Part shown: in pieces, positions 45,377 through 58,565 of the stretch | How the letters are laid out: each line of letters starts with the position of its first letter | Position numbering within the stretch: position 1 is the first letter of the stretch | DNA from: Blastocladiella emersonii ATCC 22665 | Lineage: Eukaryota > Fungi > Blastocladiomycota | Length of the DNA stretch: 64,000 nt | Direction of reading: 5' to 3' | Assembly (NCBI GenBank): GCA_025594325.1 | Contig: JANHCV010000003.1 | Location: 434,001 to 498,000, forward strand | Notes under the pieces: model-generated | Seen by the model: only the letters and a program-made list of their open reading frames with translations | Databases searched by the model: none | Told to the model about the DNA's origin: nothing | Made by a program: the position numbers and the translations under genes

Positions 45377-48300
45377 ATGTCACCGCAAGCACAAGGTGCA
45401 GGCGGCGCCAATGGAACCGACGCGGGCGCCGCTGCCCCGGGCGCGGGACCCGCTGCCAAGGGCCCGACCGGAATCATGGACCACCAGACGTTCGACGTTG
45501 CCCGGTTCCCGCCCGGCATGATCGAGGCGCAGGAGACCGTCACGTACCCCGAGGAATACACGACGCGGCCGGTGATCCCCGGCGAGCTCGACCACGAGCG
45601 GCTGTCCATCACGTACGTCTGCCCCTCGGCCGCGCAGCGAGTCAGGCGCTCACGCTTGCGAAACGTGTAGATTCGGCCTCGGGTTCCCCGCGCTGCTGCG
45701 CGACTCGTTCGCGTTCGTGAGCTCGTGCATCATCGTGTACCCGGTCGGCAACGTGGTGATGCTGCTCAACACGCTGACGCAGGAGCAGCACATCCTGCCG
45801 GGCCTGCGGTGCGGCGGGATCTGCGTGGTCGCCGTGCACCCGGCAGGCACGCACATCGCGGTCGCCGAGAAGCACGTGCAGGGCCCCAACATCTGCATCT
45901 ACACGTACCCGGAGATCCGCCTGTTCCGCGTGCTGCGCGGCGGCGCCGACCTCGGGTTCTCGAACCTCAGCTTCAGCATCGCCGACGGCGGCGCCAAGCT
46001 CGCCTCGGTCGCGAGCGAGCCCGACTTCACGCTCACCGTGTGGGACTGGCGCCACGAGGCCGTCGTGCTCCGCGCCAAGGCCTTCTCGCAGGACATCTTC
46101 CGCGTTGCGTTCTCCCCGACCAACGCGCTCGCCCTCGTCACGTCGGGCATGGGCCACATCAAGTTCTGGAAGATGGCGTCGACGTTCACGGGGCTCAAGC
46201 TGCAGGGCACGCTCGGCAAGTTCGGCGCGACCGAGCTCACCGACATCCCGTGCTTCGCGTTCCTGCCCAGCGGAAAGCTCCTGTCGGGCACCGAGACGGG
46301 CAACCTGCTCCTGTGGGACGGCAACTTCATCCAGTGCGAGGTCGCCGGCCGACTCGGCAAGAAGTGCCACCAGGGCGCCGTCGAGTTCGTCATGGTCGAC
46401 GACGGCGAGGTCATCACGGCGGGCGAGGACGGGTACATTCGCACCTGGGACCTCGAGGCCATCGAGGGACCCGAGCCCAACATGGAGGGCAAGTCGGCCA
46501 CCGCCACCGTCGTCTACGAGCTCGACCCGCTCGACGAGTACAGCGTCGGCAAGGACGTCAAGATCAAATCGATGCAGCGCGTGCGCGGCGACGCCGCGGG
46601 CGCCGCCAAGTCGGCCGGCGGCGGCGGCAAGGCGGGTCTGTCGAGTGGTCCGTCATCCGCCGGCGCGCGTCTCCCCGCCGCTGGTAGCGGTGCGGGCGAC
46701 ACTGCAGGTCCGTCGCAGGAGTACATCATCGTCGACTCGAACGGCGCGCTGTGGCGCGCGGACCTCAAGACGCGCATTTCGGAGCGCATCTGCTCCTTCT
46801 ACGGGCCCAGCATCACCGCCATCGACACGTGCGCGTCGGCCGTGCACCACCTGGTACTGAGCGTCGGGACCGACGGCGCCCTGCGCGTGACGGACCCGCT
46901 AACGCGGAGCGTGCTGGCGACGGCGCGGCACGGCGTCGCGGGGACGTGCGTGCGGTACCTCCCGCGCGCGCTCGACACGCTCGGGTGCTCGCTGGTCGCC
47001 GGGTTCGCGGACGGCAGCGTGCGGTTCTTCCGGCACGCGGTGCCGACGCCCGGCAAGGCGTCGGTCGTCATGGCCCGCACGCACGCGTTTCGCCCACACA
47101 AGGACGCGGTGATTGGGATGGCGTTCTCGTCGGACGCGACCGTGTTCACGACGGCCACGGCGACCGGCGAGGTCTTCTTCTTCTCGGTCCGGTCCGTCGG
47201 CGTCACGTTTGACCGGACGACGCTGATCCTGCCCGTCGGGTTCCTCGCGCTCAACCAGCCGATCCGGTCGCTCAGCTGGGCGCTCGACGCGACCGTCAAG
47301 TCGACGAGTAACCGGATCCGCGGACGGTACCTCGTGGTCACGGACGAGGGCAAGGTCGCCACGCTCCAGGTCAACCTCGAGAAGCAGTACGAGCGTGAGC
47401 ACAACTTTGTGATCCCGGCGTCCGACTACGAGGTCGCCCCGTGGAGCATGCAAAAGTACCTCGACCCGGTCGTCGTGGTCGCGCAGCCCGTCGCGGCTCC
47501 CGGTGGCTCGGCCGACGCAGGCGCGACGGCGGCGGGGGCTCAGCAGCAGTCACAGGCATCGTCGGACCAGTCGGGCGACGATAAGGCCAAGGACGCGGCG
47601 GCGCAGAAGCCGGCGGCGCCGCAGGTCACGTACCGCGTCACGCACGTGCAGTATATTGAGCAGGACCACTTCCTGGCGTCGATCGAGTGCAGCAACGGGA
47701 CGACCGAGATCCGCGCGTGCCTGCTCAGCGACGGCAAGATCAGCCGGCTGCTGCTGACGCTGCACAACTTCACCGAGATCTCGGCACTGTCGCTGTCGCC
47801 GTCGGGCAAGCTGGTACTGCTCGGGTGTGCGGACGGCACGCTGTACCACCGGCCGGTCACCTTCGACGGCGACCTGACGCTCGGCAACACGGGCGGCCAC
47901 GAGGCGCACGTCTTTGCCGACGAGTACTTTTGGCGCGCGCACCTGCACTCGGCGCCCGCGGCGGGCGTCCGCGCGACGTTTGACGACGCCATCATCCTGT
48001 CGGCGGGCCGCGACGGCGTCCTGTTCGTCCTCAAGTCCGCGAGCGACGACCTTGTCCAGCGCGCGCTGTCGACGGACGGCATGCTGCTGCCCGCGCTCGA
48101 GGACGCCGACGACCTCGCCAACAAGTACACGATCCAGGAGGCCAAGATGATGCTGCGCATCGACGAGGAGAACGCGCTCGCCGAGCAGCGCAAGCAGGCG
48201 CGCCTCGCTACCGTCAAGGAGCTCCAGAAGCGGTTTGAGACCCTGCTCGGCGACCAGAGGGCGTTGCCCGACGCGTACCGCCTGCCCGACGACGCGTTCC

Positions 48301-51300
48301 ACATTGACCCGGGGCTCGAGGAGCGCATCGGTACGTTGGACTCGGATCTGTGCTTTTCGCAGCCCGATCTCACGACCATGGCATGTGTAGCCATGGAGAC
48401 CAAGGCCAAGGTCGAGAAGGCGCAGAACCAGCTCCTGTGGCAGAGCGAGAAGATCTCGCTGCTGCTGCAGAAGCTCAAGCGCCGGTTCCACGACTCGCTG
48501 CTCTCGCACACCGTCACGGTCGACGCGTTCAACGTACGGCTCCACCCGCTCTCGTCGCGCGCCACGGCCTCACAGTGCCCGTACCGTGTAGAGCGGTTTA
48601 TCGCTGTGCTCGTTCCGGACGGAGCGCATCGACATCCCTGAGCTCCAGACCCAGGGCGCGCAGGACGCGGCGAAGGCGGCCGGTCCGCAAGCTGCGACTC
48701 CCGCGATGAACGGCGAGGCCAAGGATCCGTCGGCGCTGGTACGCCGAGACCGCTGGCTCGTGTTGCTGGGCGCTGACTGAACCGCGCGTGCGAGTGTAGA
48801 CGGAGGCCAAGTCGATTCCTCGCGGCGGGCCGTCGGTCGCCGCCGACGTCCAGGCGGGCGGCACCAAGGCGAGCCAGGCTCAGGTACGGCGAGCCGCAGA
48901 CCTCGCGCGACACATCCACTGACATTCTCGCGAGTAGAAACCAGCTCCGCAGCCGCCCATGGACCAGGCGGCACGGCTCGAGGACCGGCGGCGCGTCAAG
49001 GCCGAGCGGCAGGAGCAGTGGAAGCAGCTCATGGCGGCCAAGCCGAGCCCGACGAGCGAAGACCCGCGCGACTCGGCGGCGATCCGGTACGCCGAGACGC
49101 ACATGGGCGACTACAAGCTCAAGCGCGACAAAAACTACATTGTGCCCGAGAACGAGCGCGTCAACGCCGAGATGAAGCACAAGCAGATCGCGCTGCTCCA
49201 GGGCAGTCTCGTGCGGATTATGGAGGTACGGGTGCTCCGCTCGGCTCGGGGTCGTGGCAAGGCGACTAACCACGGACTGGCGAACTAGTCGTACAACGGC
49301 AAGGTCCGCGCGCTCGTCCAGCGCAAGGCGACGATCCGCCGCGACATCACCGAGCGGAACGCGCGGATCCGCGCGCTGGAGGACGAGCTCGCGCATCTCG
49401 GAATCGTACTCGAGGCGTCGCGCGTACACGTCTTTGCCGAGGACAAGGTGCCCTGCGTGAACTTTGGTGTGTCTCGTACGCGATGCTGACGAGTCGTCGT
49501 CTAGGACGAGTCAAACAGCATCTCTCCCGCGCAAGTTCCCGAGTATGTCGAGAACCCTGACGACCTGTCGCCGCAGGAGCAGCTCGAGCGATCGATGCGC
49601 ATCAAGCGGTACGAGCACGAGCTCGACCGGCTGGTCAAGGTACGGCCACGGTACCTCGCCCGCGCTCAGAGCTTCGGGATCTAACCCGAACCGCCGTTGC
49701 TAGTTCAACCGCGACGACGTGGAGCGGTTCGACAAGACGCTCGAGTCGCTCGCGCAGGAGCGGCTCAGCGTCGCGGCCGACGTCAAGTCGGGCGAGATCC
49801 GCCTGCTCCTCCTGTACCGCGAGTGGAAGCTGCTCAAGGAGTTCGAGAAGCACGACACGCGGCTGTCCGAGAAGCTCGGGCTCAAGCGGTCCGAGAAGGC
49901 TGACATTGATGTCAAGGTACGGTTCCCATCGCGCGAGACCCTGGAAGGTCGGCAACTGACACGCACCCGCCCACTTCGCTAGATCCGCGAGATTCAGAGC
50001 AAGATCACGGAGAAGCGCACCGAGATCGAGAAGGCGGCCGACTCGCGTAAGGCGCTGGACGCGAAGCTGGCCGAGGTCGTGAGCGACAGCTCCAAGTTCG
50101 AGGAGATCCTGGTCAAAATCTTCCGCAAGAAGGTCAAGCACAAGCGCCGCAAGGAGACGCTGGCCAAGGCCGCCGACGGCGAGGCCGGCCCGGGCGTGCC
50201 CGGCGGCGAGGAGGACGCCGTCGATTCTGAGGAGGAATCCGAGTCGGAAGAGGACGACGATGATGACGACTCGGGCGACGAGGCCGTCAGCGACGAGTGC
50301 CCGGGCGGGTGCGACGCGGCCGTGCACAAGGCGGTCCTCGACCTGCGCGAGCAGCGGCTCGACCTCGAGGAAACGCTCGCTGACGTGCAGAAGGGCGTCG
50401 AGGCGCTCAAAAAGGACCACGACATCTTTGCCAAGAAGGAGAAGGTCATTGCGGCCGCGCTCAAGCAGACCGAGCAGGAGATCCAGGAGTTCCAGAGCCA
50501 GAAGCAGCAGAAGCTTAACGAGCTCGACGTCGTGGTACGTTTGCTGCGATCGCACTCGGTTTGTCTCGGCGCTGACTTCGTTGCCCTCGTTTAGGTTCCG
50601 CTCGCGTTCCACCAGATCCAGTTCTTCGAGAAGAACATTGACGACGCGCTCGTGTTCCCTGGCGACGGGCTGGACAAGTTGCGCCATCGGATCCACGAGA
50701 CGGAAGACGTACGCGACACGGTTCGTGCTCGAGGTCGTTCCCATGCTCACGACTCGCTCGTTTCTTCACAGGAAACCGAGCAAGTCCGCAAGGACCACAA
50801 GGAGCTCAAGCGCGAGCACGTCAACCTCCTCGGGATCCGCAAGGAGAAGCGGTCCAAGGTACGTCCCCGCCGAGTTCACGCTCGAAATCGCGGCGGCACT
50901 GACGCAACTCGGATCACCACCTGTAGCTCCGCGACCTCGAGTCCAAGTGCGCCGAGGTCCAGATGCTTAAGTTTGGCCGGCTCGTGGACGTCGACCGCCT
51001 CGAGAAGATGGGCATCAACAAGGCCGCCGAGGATCTGCGCACCCAGATCACGGCCAAGGAGCGGCAGAACGCGACCGAGCTCGAGCGGTGGGACGTACGT
51101 GTTTTCTCACATCTCGAACCTTGCCGTTCGCATGGTCGTCTCACTCGTTGTCCCATCGTAGCGCAAGCTCGCCCAGATGAAGAAGGAGCTGACGGCGAGC
51201 ACGGTCGACAACACGCGCAAGCTCGAGGCCATCTACGAGCTGAGCGAGCGCCGCAAGAACCTCGAGCTCGCGTTGGACGCGGAGCAAGAGGCCGTCACGG

Positions 51301-51509
51301 CCGAGTACGGCGGACCGGCCAAGCAGGACGTTGCCGAGCGCGTGCGGCTCATCGAGACGGTGCAGCGGCAGGCCGAGGGCATCGAGGACCTCAAGATCGA
51401 GCTGTCCAACCTGCTCCGCAAGCCTGGACCGCCGCTCCCGCTGCCGCCAAGGAAGCGGCCCGAGAGACGAGCGCCAAGGGGAGCGAACGAGCCGGAACCA
51501 GCACTCTGA
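45377..51509 (+). CDS. CFAP44: Cilia- and flagella-associated protein 44 (WD40 + coiled coil), many introns
   Basis: N-terminal WD repeats (VASEPDFTLTVWDW, SGMGHIKFWKMASTFTGLKLQG, GNLLLWDGNFI), MGDYKLK, GCDAAVHKAVLDLREQRLDLEE, MLKFGRLVD and LLRKPG. Confidence 0.9.
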
Positions 51510-52114
51510 TGGCATCTGTTGAGGATTAGACACTTTCTTTAAAACGTGGCTAGGCACCCGTGGGTCAGTGGCGTCGGAACTCGGACTTGGGCCGTGTGGC
51601 GCAACGCGTCTCTCGCATGGCACGTGATGTCTCGCACGCGGTTGGCACCAATCAGTTTGTCTCAGCTCCGCGCATTCACGTCGTTCAAGGTGTGAGTACG
51701 ACGAAAGAGAGGTTCAAAAAAAAACTGGATCTCTATAGAGAAGCGAACAGGATACACAAGGATGGGGAGAGGGGGGGGGGCACAAACGAGCGAGGATACC
51801 CGAAATCGTGGCGAGGGGAGCGAGGTCCACCATGCTTCCCAAGGGGAAGCCAGTTCGTAAGATACCCGAGGTGCTCAACGTTCAAGGGCTCGCAATCAAC
51901 TCCTGCACGGCGGCCGATGATGATCCGTCGTCTGATCCACGACGACGCGTTAGTGAATCACTGACGCGTCGCGTTTCAGCCTCGCGCCGCTCCTGCGCCG
52001 CTCCTCCCACTTGCCGTTCACTCGCGCTCGCTTTGCAAAGTGAACATGCCCATGTTATTATCAAACACCACCGCGCCCGCGCTCGCCACCACATCAATCC
52101 ATCTCCGTCGCTTC

Positions 52115-53997
52115 TCACATGTACTCGACGCTGCGGTTAGCGCACCGGCGCGCGTTGCGGCCAAACTCCCGCCGCTCCTCCTTGGTGCCAAAGTAGAGGC
52201 GGGCGATCTCCGAGTCGAGGTGCGAGGTCGGGTCGCTCGACGGGTCGGCCGTGAAGAAGTCGACGATGGCCTGCAGGTGCGACTTGGGGTCGTCCATGCG
52301 CTCGACGCTACGGGGGAGGAGCAAGGTGAGCGGTTTGCGCACGAACCGAGGGAGAAGCGGTGCGAATGAGGCGTACCGGTAGATGGGGAAGCCGTCCTGC
52401 GAGACGTTCGGGTGGTAGAAGGGCGTGATGAAGCTAGGCAAGCGAACGGTCGAGTCAGCAGGGACATCCCGAAGCCGCGTCACGAGAGTGCCGTACCAGA
52501 CACGCGGCCGAATGGTCGGGAAGTCCTTGTGGAACACGAAGCGCACGCGGAAGATGCCGCCCCTACACGTCCACGATCAATCGTCAGCTCTGCCCGTCGA
52601 GGCACCCGCACCACCCTCCAAAAACCGTACTCGTAGTTGGTCCCGGGCCGGCCAAAGATGGTGGTGATCCAGACGTAGGGGTTGCCGTCCTCGAGCTCGA
52701 GGTCGAGCTGGCCGTCGAACAGCTTGGAGTTGATGACCTGGTTGAACTGCGACTGCAGCTGCGAGTAGGTGAGGATCGAGGACCCGGACCAGTCGTCGGT
52801 CTTGGACTCTGCGATCCACTGGGTCGTCTCCTCGTTGACGCGGGTGAAGAGGCGCTTGAGCCGCTGCTCGAGGTCTGGGTAGCTGAAGTCGCCCTCCATG
52901 ATGTTGCCCGAGTTCTCAAAGGCCATGCGCTCGAACCGCTGCCCGACCGTCACCTTCTTGGACTCGGTCTCGACGATTTGCTACGCGTGCGGGCCGCGGG
53001 GGCAGGTCAGTCGCGGCGGGTCGAGGGGAGTTGCCAGAAGTGCGAACGCGCGTACCAGGTAGCGGCGGTAGTAGCACATGAAAAGGTACTTGGACACGTC
53101 CTCGAACTCGCGCCGCGCCGACGCCGCGGTGCCAAAGAAGCTCTCAAGGCTAGACGGAGCGGGACACGGAGTCGGGTCAGTCACTGACTGCGAGTCGTGC
53201 CAGCTGCGGTGCGACTTACCGGTCGCAGACGGAGATGCGGATCGTCTCGTGCTTGATCTTGAGGTTGTAGAGGTCCGACTTCTTGGTGTGGTTCGGGTCG
53301 CTGCGGGTGCGGTTGCGCTCGAAGCCGGGCTCGTTCTCGTAGGGCCGCTCGCCCATGAGCGACTGGATCGAGATGAGCACCGACAGGATGCCGTGGGCTA
53401 CGGGACGCGTGCGCGGGGGTGTGAGTTTCGAGTGGCCGAGTGGCCGGATCACTCCCGTGGGCTGAGCGACGCGTACCAGAGTTCCAGTTCTCGCTGGGCT
53501 GCCCCGGCCAGGTGCCGAGGATCGAGAGGCACACCTTGCCGTTGCCGTAGATCTGTTTTCATCGCACGGAGTGTGAGCGACTCGGCCAAGGTCGCGTGTG
53601 ACAGCGACGCACGTTCGGGTTGAACCGGGTGCGGCCCTGGTTGGTCGTCTCGGCGACGACCTTGGGGCTCTCGGTTGGGTAGTTGGACGGGAACGTGAAG
53701 CGGAACACGAACTGGCCGAACGCGTACGCCGTGTCGGGGCTGCCCGTAATCATGGCTACACCGTTGCCGTGCGTTAGTTTCTCGCACTCGACCTCGAACA
53801 GCACGGGCGTACCGAGAACGGTCGTCACATCATCCTCGTTGTACGACAGGTGGAACTGGACGTCCGGGTTGCGCTCGATGTCGTTGACTGGACGGACGCG
53901 CGCGAGGAGGCCGTCAGCATCACGCCCACAATCAGGTTCCAGCGGGACGGGGACACGGACGCTCGCGCAGGATGCGCAGGGCCATCTTGGACGCCAT
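52115..53997 (-). CDS. UBE2Z-like ubiquitin-conjugating enzyme with a second C-terminal UBC-like domain (multiple introns)
   Basis: [18 protein letters not shown]|[30 protein letters not shown]. The second domain reads GNPYVW...FHKDFP...[10 protein letters not shown]. Confidence 0.85.
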
Positions 53998-54360
53998 GGC
54001 GACGAGCGGGGGTAGGGGTGGGTGTGATGCAAGAGTCCAGATGGCGGCGGCGCGTCGATGCTCGCGCGCGCGGGAGTGGGTTCGTTCGTGAGGGGGCGCC
54101 CGCGCGGCCGTGGTCCGTGCGTGCAGAGCTTTCGTTTGCGTCAAGTCGCGGAGTGCGTTGCGTCGTCCGCGAGGGAGGGAGGGAGCGAAGGGAGGGGAGA
54201 GAGCGGTGAGCCGCAGCGCGCGACGCGTCGCCTGCCATCCTGCCCGCCACCCGCCTCGGGCAGCGAGTCACACCACACCTCAACTCAGTCCAGCTCGAAG
54301 GGAAACAAACCGTGGGATGACGTGTAAAATAGTAGCACAAAACCTGTCCTCATCCTTCTC

Positions 54361-57213
54361 TCAATCCAGGAGGAACGCGTCGCGCGCGGCCTCGAGCACC
54401 TCGTCCGCGAGGTCGCCGGCGCCGCCCTCGGTGAGCGAGTGCGCGGCGGCGGTCGCGGCCTTGAACGTCGTCGAGCGCCAGACGCCGACGACGGCGAGCC
54501 ACGCGCGGACCGCGCCGGCCGCCACGTCGCGGTCGCCGAGCACCAGGGACACGCGCGCCGCGGCCACGGCGTGCGCGAGGGACGCGGTGCCGTGCACGGC
54601 GAGGAACGCGCTGTTGCGGTCGGCCAAGGGCGTGAGCTCGGTGGCGCCCTCGTTTTGAAGCTGAGCCAGGCCCTCGACGACCACGGACCGGACCGACTCG
54701 TCGATCGCCTGCGCCTCCTCGGCGTCGGCCTCGGTGACGAGCGCCTGGAGCGTGAGCGTGCGCTGGTGCGTGTCCGGGTGCTCGGGCGCGATGGCGTGCA
54801 TCTGCTGGACCGCGCGGAGGGCGAACAGCCATTGCTGCTGCTGCGCGTACACGTCGAAGGCGAGCTTGTGGGTCTCGAGGCGGTGGCCGGCGTACGTCTC
54901 GAGGAGCGTGACGAGCTTGGCGGCGGCCTCGAGGGGCTCAGTCGCGAGGAACTTGGCGCCGAGCGGGTCGAGGTCCGCGGGCGGCGGCGGCGGCTTGTTG
55001 TCGTCGGCCGCGTCCTTGGCATGCTTCTTCTTCTCCTTGGCCGCGAGCTTCTTGGCCGCGGTCGCCGCCGCCTCGGCCTCGGCGACCTGCGCAGCAAACT
55101 CGGGCGTGGCCTTGACGCGGTGGACGCGCAGGTACTCCTCGATGGCGGCGCGCGCGGCGCGGGTAAAGTACGGGTGGCTGCGCAGCGTGTCCTCCCACCG
55201 CAGCGTGGCGACGTACGCGCGCAGCGTCATCTTGCGCAGGCAGTACGAGTGGAAGTCGAACTGGTCGTCGTCAAACTCGCGGAAGTGGCCGACGAGCTGC
55301 TCAAACTTCTTGAGCGCGGGTCCGTGCCGGCCGGCCGCGGCGTGCGCGTGCCCGCACTCGAACGCGAACCACTGGCACTGCATGTCGACGAGGTCGGCGA
55401 TCGGGTTGGCGATATCGGGCCGCGCGAACAGGCGGATCGTCGCCTCGGCCTGCTCGATCTCGCCGTTGCGGATCAGGTACTTGGTGCACTTGGTGTTGAG
55501 GTACCGGTCCTTGAGGTCCACCTTGCGCGCCGCCTCGAGCGTGTCGCGCGCGCGCTGCGCGTCGCCCGCGTGCTTGTAGATGCGGCCCTCGAGCATCAGC
55601 AGCTCGGGCACCGGTCGCTCCGCGTCCTGCTCGGCCACCGCCTGCCGCACGTGCTCCAGCGCAACCGCGCGCTCGCCCTGCCGGTCGTAGTACTGCGCGA
55701 GGAAGTAGTGCAGCCACAGCTTGCCCTCGGCGCCCGTGGCCGCGTCGGCGTCGGCGTTGGCGGTCTCGAGCAGCCGCTGGGCCACGCTCTCGAGGACCGG
55801 CGCCTTGTCGGCGTCGTCGTACAGCGGGCGCAGGTTGGCGAACAGCGAGGGGACGCCCTTGGCGACGTTGGCGACAATGTACTGCTCGAGGCGGGCGGCG
55901 AACAGGTCCGATTTGGCGTCGGCCTCGATGAGGAGCATGAGCTGGATGAGGCCAGACTTGGGGTACTCCTCGGCAAGCCCCTCGAGTACGTCGACGGGGG
56001 CCTCCTGGGCGGCGCGGATGAACCCGTCGACGTAGTTGCGCGAGTCCGGGTTGGTCTTGATGAGCTTGGCGTACGCCTCCATGGCGCGCTCGTGGTGGCC
56101 GAGGGTGACGAGCAGGTGCGCGCGGCGCTCCTGCACGGCGCGCACGTCGCACACGACGCGCTCCATGGCGTCGAGCTCGTCGAGCGCGCGGTCCAGCTCG
56201 CCCGCTTCCTCGAGGATCTCGTTCTTGTACATGAGCATCTCGGACCAGTCCCAGTCGCGCGGCGGCGGCGCCGGGTTGTAGGTGCCCTGCCACGCCTCGA
56301 TCATGGCCAGCGCCGTGTCGTAATCCTTGAGCAGGTGGTTCGCGACCACCAGGCCCACCAGGTGTGGCCGCTGGTGCACGCCGCGGAACATGCGCGCGAG
56401 CAGCTCGCGCGTCGCCTACGCGTTCGGGGACTGGGGGTCAGTCGTGCGCGCGAGGGACGCGGTGCGGCGACGAGAACGCGCGCGCGTACCTTGTACCCGG
56501 CGTAGTCGCGGGTCTGGATCTGCAGCAGCGCGAGGTCGCGGAGGATCTGGACATTGTGCTACACGCCGCGACCAATCCCACGAGTCAGTCCACGGTATTC
56601 GCACGCCAACCGCGCAAACACGTACCGAGTCAAGCTTGAGCGCCTCGTGGTAGCACTTGATCGCCTCCGCGTACTCCTTGCCGCCGCGATGGATCAGGCC
56701 GTAGACGTGCCAGATGATGTGCGATCCGGGGTCGAGCTCGACGGCCTTGCGCACCTCCTTGAACCCTTCCTCGCGCTGGTCGAGCTGCGACATGAACAGG
56801 CCCTTCATGGCGTGCGACTCGCCGTGGTCGGGCACCTTCTTGAGGATGCCCTCGACCGCCTTGAGCCCCTTCTTGTACTGCTTGGTCTCGTACATCTTGA
56901 GCACCGTCTTGAAGATGGTCGCCTCCTTGGCCGGCAGCGGCTTGCGCTGCTGTGCGGCCGCCGACGCGGACTTGGCGCCCCCGGCCGCGGCCGCTGCGCG
57001 CGCCGCCTTGAGCGCCGCTGCCGTCTTGGCGAGCGACGCGGACGCGGCCGACGTCGGCTTGGCTGCGCCGTTGCTACTGCTGGCAGCGGAGGCAGACGCG
57101 GACGTCGCGGCGGCAGCGGCAGCCGTCTTGGCCTCGGCTTTGGCCTTGGCGGCCTCGACGAGGGCCTTGGGCGGCGCCGTCTTGGGCTTGCCCATGTTAC
57201 GCTTCGGAGGCAT
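54361..57213 (-). CDS. NAA15: NatA N-terminal acetyltransferase auxiliary subunit (TPR), 2 introns
   Basis: LPAKEATIFKTVLKMYETKQYKKGLK, DHGESHAMKG, SHIIWHVYGL, DLKDRYLNTKCTKY, DDQFDFHSYCLRKMTLRAY. Confidence 0.96.
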
Positions 57214-57738
57214 GGTTGCGGGTTATACGAGGGGGGACTAGACAAGAGGTCGCGGACCGAATCCGCGGTCGTCGTGAGCGATCGGTGGGGCGTGCGCGGG
57301 TTCCCGGCCTCGTGTCTACTCGGGACGAGTGATAGCACGGCCAAGAACCATCGTGCAAGGCATAAAGCGCACTTACAGGTCGGTGCAGCAGTCCCTGGAG
57401 CGTCCAGTAGTCGTCGAGTCCGGTATGGATAGCCCTCGCGCGCGCGTGCCGATCCGCGTCGTGGTTGATACGTTGCAGGTAGCGAGAGTATGAGGGGGCG
57501 CGTCTGCGGCCGACTGGGTGCGGGGGTCGGAGGAGCGGTCGGGCCCTGAGAAGCGCAGCGACCGAGGGGAACCGCCAAAGTGATCCGCGGTGCGAAACCC
57601 GAGTTTGAGACGCGCGCGTGCCGCCCACGTGCGCGTTTCGTCGCGTCTCCGGCTCGCCTCGGCCCGGGTCCGCCGATCCCTCAAAACCCCCCAGGTGCGC
57701 GCGCTAAGCCTCTTCTCTCCCCTCCCCAAAATTTTGCC

Positions 57739-58455
57739 ATGTCATCGAACGCACCCGCCGCCACTGCGACCAAGAAGAAGCTCTGCGAGTTCCTGACGCC
57801 GACCCTGCGGCCCATCGAGGAGCGCGACCTGCCGGCCATCCTCGAGATGATCCGCGAGCTGGCCGCCTTCGAGAAGATGGAGGATGACGTCGTGGCCACG
57901 GTCGACGTGCTCCGCACCTCGCTGTTCCCGACCGACGCCGACGTGCTCTCGGGCAAGGCCGTGCGGTCCGCGCGCGCCGTGGTCCTCGAGCGCGAGCTGA
58001 TGCCCGGCGAGGAGTACGCTACTCGTTGCCATGACGATGGACGGACGGCTCGCTGACTCCTCGGGAATAGGCCCACGACGACGCTCAAGTACGCCACGTC
58101 CGCGGTGCACCCGACGCGCCTGGTTCTTGGGTTCTGCCTGTACTACTTTTCGTTCTCGACGTTCCTAGGCCACCACAACGTGTACGTCGAGGACCTGTGC
58201 GTGCGCGAGCCGTACCGCGCCTTTGGGTACGGCACGGTGCTGCTGCACTCGGTGATCCGCCACGCCGTCGTGCACCACGGCGCCAAGCGCGTCCAGTGGG
58301 CGTGCCTCAAGTGGAACACGAACGCCATCTGCTTCTACGAGCAAAAGTGCGGCGCCAAGCCCGAAGACGAGTGGACCGTCTACCGCCTCACGGGCCCGCG
58401 CCTCGAGGAGTACCGCGACTACGTTGCGCCGGGCGGGAACACGATCAGCGAGTAG
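57739..58455 (+). CDS. GNAT acetyltransferase, diamine/spermidine acetyltransferase-like (1 intron)
   Basis: DLPAILEMIRELAAFEK, YYFSFSTFLG..VYVEDLCVREPYRAFGYG, WACLKWNTNAICFYE. Confidence 0.85.
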
Positions 58456-58565
58456 TGGATGGATGGGTAGGGGTTTCCCGTTCTATATCGCATTTTTGTT
58501 TGGATTTTGGGGGGCTTTAGGGGTACACTGCCATGAAGGGAGAGAGAAGAGGGGATCGAGGACAC

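Noticed and set aside
57739-58455. GNAT next to NAA15 as the NatA catalytic subunit NAA10
   Set aside because: It lacks NAA10 signatures (LPENY, HGHITSL) and matches the SSAT pattern instead.
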